From Flavobacteriales bacterium (GTDB taxonomy: Bacteria > Bacteroidota > Bacteroidia > Flavobacteriales > BACL11): DNA of 64,000 bases. The notes under the pieces were generated by a model. The model was not told the origin of the DNA and did not search any database. It saw only the letters and a program-made list of their open reading frames with translations. This document shows, piece by piece, positions 56,735 to 64,000 of the stretch; position 1 is the stretch's first letter, and every line of letters begins with the position of its first letter. A program made the translations under genes and the position numbers. The DNA lies in contig JBJKXM010000004.1 in NCBI GenBank assembly GCA_045561575.1, positions 44,924 through 108,923 of the forward strand, read 5' to 3'.

Positions 56735-59581
56735 ATGTATAGAATTTTAGTTTTACTTTTCATAACAAAATTTGGATTTGGACAAACAAATTTAAGAGGA
56801 ACTGTTTATGATGGACAAACTAAAGAAACATTAATTGGTGCCAATGTTTTAATCAAAGGGGAAAATACTGGAACTTCTACAAATGTAAATGGTAAATTTT
56901 CGATTTCTACAAATAAAAATTTTCCAATTGATTTAGTGATTTCATATTTAGGATATGAAAATAAAAATCTAACAATTACTAAAAATGAAAATATTAGTGT
57001 TAATTTATTTCCAAACACAAAAAAATTAAAAGAAGTAAAGGTTGTTGATAGTAGAATCACTCAAAAACAAAAAGAGGCTGCACTCACTGTTGAAGCTCTT
57101 GATATAATTGCAATTAAGTCTACCCCTTCAGCAAATTTTTATGATGCTTTAGGTTCACTTAAAGGTGTAGATATTTCTTCTGCCAGTTTAGGTTTTAAAG
57201 TAATAAATACAAGAGGATTCAATAGCACATCTCCAGTAAGATCATTACAAATAATTGATGGTGTTGATAACCAAGCACCAGGTCTTAACTTTTCATTAGG
57301 TAATTTTCTGGGAGCTTCTGAACTTGATATAATGAAAGTTGAAATTATTCAAGGTGCTAGCTCCGCATACTATGGCCCAAGTGCTTTTAATGGAGTAATT
57401 AGTATGACAACGCGAAGTCCTTTTCTGCAACCTGGACTAACAATTCAATACAAATTTGGATCAAGAAGGTTGTTTGAAAACTCATTCAGATTTGCTGATG
57501 TTATAAAAGATAAAGAAGGAAACAATAAATTCGGATACAAAATAAACTTCTCTTTCCTGCAAGCAGATGATTGGGAAGCAAATAATTTATCAGCTGTTGA
57601 TGGAAGTCCACTATCAACAAATCCAGGAGGTTATGATGCAGTAAACATTTATGGTGATGAAGATTTAACTGGTAGTGTAAATGATTATGAAAGTGAAACG
57701 GATAATAAGTATTATATAGGAGAAGGATTAGGTATTTTTCACAGAACGGGTTATCAAGAAAAAGATATCGTTGACTACAACACAAATAATTTAAAATTTG
57801 CTGCAGGAATTCATTATTTAATAGATGAAGATTTAGAATTAATTTACTCATTAAATTATGGTACTGGAACAACAGTGTACCAAGGAGATAATAGATTCAG
57901 TTTAAAAGGAATTGAATTTTTGCAAAATAAACTTGAATTAAATAAAAAAGATAAATTTTTTATACGTGCATACAGATCTCAGGAAGACGCAGGTGAATCT
58001 TATGATGCCGTTGCAACCGCAATAAGACTGCAAGACTATAATACTATTAATCCTAATGAATGGTTTTCAGATTATTCTAGTGAATTTATACAAAATTTTA
58101 ATTTTGATATGTTAGGATGGTCAAACCCTACTCCACTTCTTACTTTTGATCCAAACCTAGGTTTTCAAAATACCGGTTGGATTTTCGAAGGAGATACATT
58201 TGACATAAGTTGGATGACTCAGTGGTATTCAATGTCAGACTCGGTATTAAATGCAAATACAGATTTAATTATTGCAACTCATAACCAAGCGCGTGATTGG
58301 GCTGATAATCAATCCAATGTATTAGTTCCTGGAACGCAAGCATTTGAGGATGCATTCAATGATATAACATCAAAAATATCTTATTTAGAAGGTGGGACAG
58401 GATTTTATGATAAATCTGCGTTAAATCACATTCATACTGAATATCAATTTGAAATTGATAAATCAAAAATTAAAGTTGGAGCAAATTTCAGACAATATCA
58501 ACCAGATTCAAAAGGAAGTATTTTTATGGATACGGCATCCAGTATAACAAATAATGAATTTGGTGTTTACACTGGAGCTGAAATTAATTTTTTAGGTGAA
58601 GTATTAAAATTAAATACAACTTTACGTGCTGATAAAAATGAAAATTTTGATCTAAATTTTTCTCCTGCAGCTTCTATTGTTTATAAACCTAACAAAAGTG
58701 ATGTTTTAAGACTATCATTTGGATCAGCTATTAGAAATCCTACATTAAGTGATCAGTATTTATATTATAATGTTGGAAGAGCTATATTAATTGGAAACCT
58801 TTACGGTCATGGTGAAAAATATGGAGAAAATCTAGTTACTATTGAATCATTGTATGAATATTTTACTCCTTCTGTTCCAGTTTATGATAGTTTGAGGTTT
58901 TTTAGTGTTGACCCAATTAGGCCTGAAAAGGCAAAATCAATTGAAGTCGGATATAGATCCACATTTTCTAATAAACTATATTTAGATGCAAATTTTTATT
59001 ATTCTGAGTATGAAGATTTTATAGGATATAAAATTGGAGCAAAGTTTTTAGCTGACACATCAAATGGAGGATTTTCTATAGCACTTCCTTCAATTCAAGC
59101 ATATAGAATGGCAGCTAATGCTGAAAATAAAGTTACTACAAAAGGAGCATCAGTCGGATTAAATTATTACCCAAATAGTGATATTAGTTTAAGTGGAAAT
59201 TATTCTTGGAATTCTCTTAATGAGAAAGGCACAAATGACCCTATCATTCCAGCATATAATACTCCAGAGCACAAATTTAATCTAGGTTGTTTAGTGAAAA
59301 ACATTCATCTGGATCAAAAACATTCATTCTTAAGAAATTATAGCTTTAGCATAAATTATAAATGGGTTCAAGGTTTTTTATATGAGGGCTCCCCTCAATT
59401 TACTGGATTTATTCCTACATATGATCTTGTTGATTTACAATTAAGCAAAGAAATTATTGATTTAGGGGCTACAGTAAAAATCGGAGCTACTAATATTTTC
59501 AACAATCTTCACTATGAAGTTTACGGGGGGCCATACATTGGTAGAATGACTTATTGTTCAATACTATTTAATATAAATTAG
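56735..59581 (+). CDS. TonB-dependent receptor (CarboxypepD_reg-like N-domain + plug + 22-strand barrel)
   Basis: N-terminal GTVYDGQTKETLIGANVLIKG, plug IEIIQGASSAYYGPSAFNGVI, and an aromatic-rich C-terminal barrel, in a 948-aa protein. Confidence 0.8.
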   Translation: MYRILVLLFITKFGFGQTNLRGTVYDGQTKETLIGANVLIKGENTGTSTNVNGKFSISTNKNFPIDLVISYLGYENKNLTITKNENISVNLFPNTKKLKEVKVVDSRITQKQKEAALTVEALDIIAIKSTPSANFYDALGSLKGVDISSASLGFKVINTRGFNSTSPVRSLQIIDGVDNQAPGLNFSLGNFLGASELDIMKVEIIQGASSAYYGPSAFNGVISMTTRSPFLQPGLTIQYKFGSRRLFENSFRFADVIKDKEGNNKFGYKINFSFLQADDWEANNLSAVDGSPLSTNPGGYDAVNIYGDEDLTGSVNDYESETDNKYYIGEGLGIFHRTGYQEKDIVDYNTNNLKFAAGIHYLIDEDLELIYSLNYGTGTTVYQGDNRFSLKGIEFLQNKLELNKKDKFFIRAYRSQEDAGESYDAVATAIRLQDYNTINPNEWFSDYSSEFIQNFNFDMLGWSNPTPLLTFDPNLGFQNTGWIFEGDTFDISWMTQWYSMSDSVLNANTDLIIATHNQARDWADNQSNVLVPGTQAFEDAFNDITSKISYLEGGTGFYDKSALNHIHTEYQFEIDKSKIKVGANFRQYQPDSKGSIFMDTASSITNNEFGVYTGAEINFLGEVLKLNTTLRADKNENFDLNFSPAASIVYKPNKSDVLRLSFGSAIRNPTLSDQYLYYNVGRAILIGNLYGHGEKYGENLVTIESLYEYFTPSVPVYDSLRFFSVDPIRPEKAKSIEVGYRSTFSNKLYLDANFYYSEYEDFIGYKIGAKFLADTSNGGFSIALPSIQAYRMAANAENKVTTKGASVGLNYYPNSDISLSGNYSWNSLNEKGTNDPIIPAYNTPEHKFNLGCLVKNIHLDQKHSFLRNYSFSINYKWVQGFLYEGSPQFTGFIPTYDLVDLQLSKEIIDLGATVKIGATNIFNNLHYEVYGGPYIGRMTYCSILFNIN

Positions 59582-59635
59582 TGTTATTTTAAGTAAAAAC
59601 ACTTATTTTAGCCCGTCTAACAAATAAATTAATTT

Positions 59636-61312
59636 ATGAAAACACATTTACTTAAGTATATTGCTATTTTTCTAATTTTCATTGGATTAAATGCAAATGC
59701 TCAAACTAGGTATATTGACAATATGTTTGATAGTGTAACTGTTACATCAAATGTAGCTTATGGTCAAAATATTTCAATACTACCTCTATTACAAGGTCTT
59801 CCACCAGTAATGGACACACTTTTATGTGATATTTATGAGCCAAAAAACGATACATTAACCGATAGACCCGTTATTGTTCTGATTCATACTGGTAGTTTTT
59901 TACCACCTGTTTTAAATGGTCAAGCTACTGGTTCAAAAAATGATAATTCTATAGTTGAAAACTGCATGAGATGGGCTAAAAAAGGATATGTTGCTGTTGC
60001 AATGACATATAGACAAGGATGGAATCCAACATCTCCTAGTCAAGCGGTTAGAACTGCTACTATCCTACAAGCTGCCTACAGAGGTATTCATGATACAAAA
60101 GCAATGGTTAGATATCTAAGAAAGACTGTTGCTGAAGATGGAAATTCATATGGAATCGATGATAGCAAAATTGTTGTAGGAGGACAAGGAACTGGAGCAT
60201 ATCTTTCAATGGGATATATAACTCTTGATACCGTTTCTGAACTATTTATCTATCCTAAATTCTGGGATACATCAGATCCAGATCCAGCAAATCATGTTCC
60301 ATTAATTTCTCCTCAATTCCCAATTCCAGGTCCTATAACTTATGGATATGGAAATATTGACGGAACTGATACAACTTATTATCCAGCCAACTTCCCACCA
60401 TTTAATTTCCCTGTTGACGTTCTTTGGAACTTCCCAAATAACCCATCATACAGTAATGATGTAAGCATGGCATTTAATTTAGGTGGAACTCTTGCTGACC
60501 TTGACTGGTTAGATGGAGGACAAGTACCACATGTTTCATTCCATTGTGAAAATGACCCATTTGCTTCAATAGACGAAGGTGTTATTATTGTACCTACTAC
60601 AGGAGATATTGTAATTCCTGACGTTATTGGTTCAAGAGTTGCAAATCATTACAACACATTATGGGGAAATAATAGTGGATTTAATCAAGCTGGTTTAAAT
60701 GATACATTATCTCAAATCTCAAATTCATATAACAGTAATTGGAATCACCCATTAAATGATGGTTCTCTGGTTTATGATGGTTTATACGTTTTTGATACTC
60801 CGGCACCTGACACTGTTCCTAATGCATTTGGTGAAATGCCTTATCATGAATCATCACCATGGGATTGGTGGGATCTAGCTACTTATGATATGATGTTTGC
60901 TGCTGTAAACGGTGCACCAGCTGGATATGGAGCTGCTAATTCATTACTAGGTTCTCCAAATTCAGGATCAGACTCAATTCCAATGCTTTACTTAGATACT
61001 ATTCATGGGTACTTAAACCCAAGAATGTATGAAGTACTTGGACTAGGAGGGTCATCTGATTTTAATGAAGTAATTGAAAAAACAACTCAAGTTTATCCAA
61101 ACCCTGCAAAAGATAATATTAACATAGTTAGTTATGCTGAATTAATTAACAGTGTTGATGTATATAATCTATCAGGACAAAAGGTATTAAGTAAAAAAGT
61201 TAATAATGGAACAACAACAAAACTTAATACAAGTGGATTATCAAAAGGAGTATATATAATTGATGTTAAATCAAGAGTTTCATCAGTTAAAAAGAAAGTT
61301 ATTATAGAATAA
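59636..61312 (+). CDS. secreted alpha/beta-hydrolase-like protein with a canonical T9SS type A C-terminal sorting domain
   Basis: Signal peptide, esterase-like segments (PVIVLIHTGSF, IVVGGQGTGAYLS, VSFHCENDPFA), and the CTD VYPNPAKDNINIV...VDVYNLSGQKV...LSKGVYIIDVKS...KKKVIIE. Confidence 0.65.
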   Translation: MKTHLLKYIAIFLIFIGLNANAQTRYIDNMFDSVTVTSNVAYGQNISILPLLQGLPPVMDTLLCDIYEPKNDTLTDRPVIVLIHTGSFLPPVLNGQATGSKNDNSIVENCMRWAKKGYVAVAMTYRQGWNPTSPSQAVRTATILQAAYRGIHDTKAMVRYLRKTVAEDGNSYGIDDSKIVVGGQGTGAYLSMGYITLDTVSELFIYPKFWDTSDPDPANHVPLISPQFPIPGPITYGYGNIDGTDTTYYPANFPPFNFPVDVLWNFPNNPSYSNDVSMAFNLGGTLADLDWLDGGQVPHVSFHCENDPFASIDEGVIIVPTTGDIVIPDVIGSRVANHYNTLWGNNSGFNQAGLNDTLSQISNSYNSNWNHPLNDGSLVYDGLYVFDTPAPDTVPNAFGEMPYHESSPWDWWDLATYDMMFAAVNGAPAGYGAANSLLGSPNSGSDSIPMLYLDTIHGYLNPRMYEVLGLGGSSDFNEVIEKTTQVYPNPAKDNINIVSYAELINSVDVYNLSGQKVLSKKVNNGTTTKLNTSGLSKGVYIIDVKSRVSSVKKKVIIE

Positions 61313-61331
61313 TTTAATAATAATCTAAAAT

Positions 61332-61362
61332 AAAAAAGGGAAGCAATTGCTTCCCTTTTTTT
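61332..61362. terminator. bidirectional rho-independent terminator
   Basis: A6-gggaagc (61338-44), loop aatt, gcttccc (61349-55), then a T-run, between convergent transcription units. Confidence 0.85.
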
Positions 61363-61571
61363 ATAATAGTCCTGCACTAAGTACAAATTAAACTCCATAT
61401 TAAAACGGATAGAGCTACTAACGTATCGCAAACTTCCACTGTCATTGAAAAATCAATGAAAAATAAATTATTGAGGCCTGTTTTTAACACACTAAGATAA
61501 ACTCCAATTAGTACTAGTGTTGAGTTTAATAGTAAAAATAATGCAGGAATATAAAAAGAACTTTTTTTTAG

Positions 61572-61856
61572 CTATTTAAAGTCAGCTAATAACTCATCTA
61601 AATTAGTTAATTTTTCAGAAATACCATCATCAGAAATAAACTTATTTTGATTAATTTTTTCAAGTTTAGAAGCATATTCAATCAAACACATTGCTAGAAT
61701 ATCTTGTTTATCTTTTATTGCGTAATTCTCTTCATAAAACTTTAGACGATCATCAATTTTCTTGACAGAATTTCGAATAATTTCCTCAGAACTTCTATCA
61801 ATTTTCATTGGATAGAATCTGTTTGCAATATTTAATTTAATTGATAGTTTGTCCAT
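61572..61856 (-). CDS. zapA: cell division protein ZapA
   Basis: IKLNIANRFYPMKIDRSSEEIIRNSVKKIDDRLKFYEENY..KDKQDILAMCLIEY follows the Bacteroidota ZapA pattern, in a 94-aa protein. Confidence 0.7.
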   Translation of the reverse strand: MDKLSIKLNIANRFYPMKIDRSSEEIIRNSVKKIDDRLKFYEENYAIKDKQDILAMCLIEYASKLEKINQNKFISDDGISEKLTNLDELLADFK

Positions 61857-61858
61857 AA

Positions 61859-62146
61859 TTAATTATTTAGTTGAGCAATACATTTATCAATTTCTCTGAT
61901 ATATTCGTTAATCTTCAATTTGGTTTGTCTAATATCACCCTTTGATACATCTACAGATTTTGATATACTAATGATTTTTATTTTGTCCTTAAGAGTATTT
62001 ATCTCAATATTTTTTTGTTCAATATCTAATAAGAGATTAGCGTTTTCCTGCTTTAAATTGGAATTAATTGATTTTACTTTTTTATAAGATGAAAGCAAAT
62101 TATTCAATTTTATTTCAATACTGGATATTAGATTATTTAAAGACAT
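61859..62146 (-). CDS. small coiled-coil protein upstream of zapA
   Basis: A 95-aa ORF rich in heptad-like Leu/Ile/Asn/Lys. Its stop is 2 nt before the zapA start. The function is not recognised. Confidence 0.5.
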   Translation of the reverse strand: MSLNNLISSIEIKLNNLLSSYKKVKSINSNLKQENANLLLDIEQKNIEINTLKDKIKIISISKSVDVSKGDIRQTKLKINEYIREIDKCIAQLNN

Positions 62147-62155
62147 ATATTAAGA

Positions 62156-62163
62156 CAAATTTA
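62156..62163 (-). promoter_or_regulatory. -7 box (TAnnTTTG on the minus strand)
   Basis: caaattta on the plus strand reads taaatttg on the minus strand. It lies 9 nt upstream of the ATG at 62146. Confidence 0.35.
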
Positions 62164-62241
62164 ATATTTTTGATTAATTAAAAAATGAATTTTGATTTCA
62201 TTTAATTAGTCAACTTTTTTATAATTCTTTCAAAAATATTA

Positions 62242-63927
62242 ATGAAAAAAATTCTGATTTTACTGATAATTTTATTCTCCAGTAATTTAACTTTCTCACA
62301 AGATTATATAAACCCCTTAGACTTTAGATTACTACTTTCAGGTACATTTGGAGAATTAAGGGGAAATCATTTTCACGCAGGAATTGATTTTAAAACCAAA
62401 GGTGTTGAAGGGCAAAATATCTATGCTATAGCTGATGGTTACATATCAAGAATAAAAGTATCCTCGTATGGCTATGGAAAAGCACTTTATATTAACCATC
62501 CTGATGGAAAAACGTCTGTTTATGCACATCTTCAAAAATTCTCTAAAAAAATAGATACTATTGTTAAAAAAGAGCATTATAAAAGAAAACAATTTGAAAT
62601 AAATATTTTTCCAAAAGCTTATAGCATTCAAGTAAAGCAGGGGGAAATAATTGCACTTTCAGGAAATAGTGGAAGTAGCCAAGGAGCTCATCTACATTTT
62701 GAAATTAGAGACACAAAAACTGAACATCCTCTTGACCCACTTGATTATGGATTTAAAGTCATTGATAACATCTCTCCTATTTTAAAAGAAATTAAAATTT
62801 TTGATATAGATAATCATGATTTGTCATCGACTTATAAAATATCTAAGAAAAATAAGAAATATTATACGCAAGATACAATCTATTCCAATTCAAAAGTTGG
62901 AATTGGCATATATACATTCGACCAATCTAATGATGCATATAATAAAAATGGAGTTAATGATATAAAAGTTTATATTGATAGTGTTTTGATATATCATTTC
63001 GAATTAGATCAACTTGATTTTAGTAAAAATAAATATATTAACGCACATATCGATTATGAAGAAAAAGTATTAAGTAAAAGAAAATTTCATAAATGCTTTA
63101 GACTTCCAAACAACTCACTAAAAAATTATAAAACACTAATAAATAATGGTTATTACAAATTAGATGATAATAAAAATCATTTAGTAGAAATTGAAGTTAG
63201 TGATTCTTATGATAATATATCTAACTTATCATTCATATTAAAAAAATCAATAACAGCTTCAGAAAATAAAACAATAACAAATATTGATAAGCCTGATGCT
63301 TCAACAACAAAGCTGTTTTATTGGTATAATGAAAATAACTTTAATACAGATAATTTTAAATTATCAATAAATAAAAATTATCTATATGAAACCATAGATT
63401 TTAATTACCTTGAAAAAGACTCCATAAAAGGCACATATGGCAAGATTCATCAGTGTCATTTTGAAACTGTTCCACTTCACAAGGCTGCCAAAATATCAAT
63501 TAGAGCAAATATTCCCTCCAGATTAAAAGATAAAGTCTACATAGCCAAGGTTAAAGATAATAAGTATATATATTTCGGAAATAAATGGGAAAATAGTTAC
63601 TTAAGTGCAAAAATTAGTCAATTTGGAGATTTTGCAGTTGCTGCAGATTCAATTAAACCAAAAATAACTGGAGTAAATATTTATCCTGCAAAAGAAATTA
63701 AAAATCAAACAACTATTAAATGTTTAATTGAAGATAAAGAAAGTGGAATTAAAAAGTTTGAAGGCAAGATAAATGGCCAATGGGTGTTAATGGAATATGA
63801 TCATAAAAGAAAATTATTAGAATATGATTTTAATGAAATCATAAAAAAAGGAGAAAACCTATTTAATCTTGAAGTCACTGATATGCTTGGAAATGTAAAA
63901 AAATATTCTGCTAAATTTTATTATTAA
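62242..63927 (+). CDS. M23-family metallopeptidase with a long C-terminal extension
   Basis: Signal peptide, then HFHAGIDF...HPDG..SVYAHL...GNSGSSQGAHLHFEIR. Confidence 0.85.
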   Translation: MKKILILLIILFSSNLTFSQDYINPLDFRLLLSGTFGELRGNHFHAGIDFKTKGVEGQNIYAIADGYISRIKVSSYGYGKALYINHPDGKTSVYAHLQKFSKKIDTIVKKEHYKRKQFEINIFPKAYSIQVKQGEIIALSGNSGSSQGAHLHFEIRDTKTEHPLDPLDYGFKVIDNISPILKEIKIFDIDNHDLSSTYKISKKNKKYYTQDTIYSNSKVGIGIYTFDQSNDAYNKNGVNDIKVYIDSVLIYHFELDQLDFSKNKYINAHIDYEEKVLSKRKFHKCFRLPNNSLKNYKTLINNGYYKLDDNKNHLVEIEVSDSYDNISNLSFILKKSITASENKTITNIDKPDASTTKLFYWYNENNFNTDNFKLSINKNYLYETIDFNYLEKDSIKGTYGKIHQCHFETVPLHKAAKISIRANIPSRLKDKVYIAKVKDNKYIYFGNKWENSYLSAKISQFGDFAVAADSIKPKITGVNIYPAKEIKNQTTIKCLIEDKESGIKKFEGKINGQWVLMEYDHKRKLLEYDFNEIIKKGENLFNLEVTDMLGNVKKYSAKFYY

Positions 63928-64000
63928 TCATCGGTAAAAATTCACTTTTTAAAAAATTGTGAATTTGATCTCTAATCTTCTTATAAACTACTATTTTTTG

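Noticed and set aside
61132-61431. Minus-strand 99-aa ORF crossing the 61332-61362 terminator
   Set aside because: It reads straight through a strong bidirectional terminator hairpin and overlaps the well-supported T9SS CTD of the plus-strand gene.
63911-64000. Partial minus-strand frame at the window edge (…IVVYKKIRDQIHNFLKSEFLPMINNKI*) overlapping the M23 gene's 3' end by 17 nt
   Set aside because: It is only 29 codons with no recognisable motif, and an imperfect hairpin (63936-63966) lies inside it. That is too little sequence to call a gene.
1-64000. A search by eye for CRISPR arrays, transposases, integrases, phage genes, toxin-antitoxin pairs, restriction-modification or other defence modules, and for rRNA or tRNA genes
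   Set aside because: None found. Intergenic space is almost fully accounted for by promoters, terminators, the tmRNA and the frameshifted gene tails. The small zapA-adjacent gene pair resembles cell-division proteins, not a TA pair.

Overview
This is an AT-rich (about 30% GC by eye), very gene-dense chromosomal segment. Most gene junctions are 0-10 nt or overlap. It comes from a Bacteroidota genome, most likely a streamlined marine member of Flavobacteriia. Lineage markers visible in the sequence are: a fused LpxC/FabZ inside lpxD-lpxC/fabZ-lpxA-efp, a 287-aa primary sigma factor, a tmRNA encoding the tag (A)GENNYALAA, TAnnTTTG -7 promoter boxes upstream of many genes, PorX-like and PorT-like type IX secretion (T9SS) components, and three proteins with T9SS C-terminal sorting tails. 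Most of the window is housekeeping: lipid A synthesis, serine/PLP metabolism, S15-PNPase-sigmaA, fbaA, accD, typA, trxB, recQ-like, fmt, pdxH, zapA. The main accessory block is a ~13 kb phenylacetyl-CoA (paa) catabolic cluster (33.9-47.2 kb): paaE, paaABCD, paaG-H-I-J-Y-Z, a second enoyl-CoA hydratase and a fused E1 alpha/beta 2-oxoacid dehydrogenase. The cluster has no CoA ligase or regulator in the window, and a secreted PKD/T9SS-tailed ORF is embedded in the operon. I saw no CRISPR array, transposase, integrase, phage gene or recognisable defence gene, and I cannot point to a convincing entirely new system. The observations most worth a second look are: (i) the PorX-like T9SS regulator is broken by two 1-nt frameshifts and a TonB-dependent receptor by one, which means either sequencing error or gene decay; (ii) the unusual composition of the paa operon; (iii) a single-gene GrpB islet bracketed by the tmRNA 3' end and a degenerate copy of it; (iv) two small secreted repeat proteins of unknown function; (v) a tightly coupled serC-serA-DUF1015-yggS-ridA-meaB operon. 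All functional calls come from reading the translations and recalling family motifs. No database search was run.
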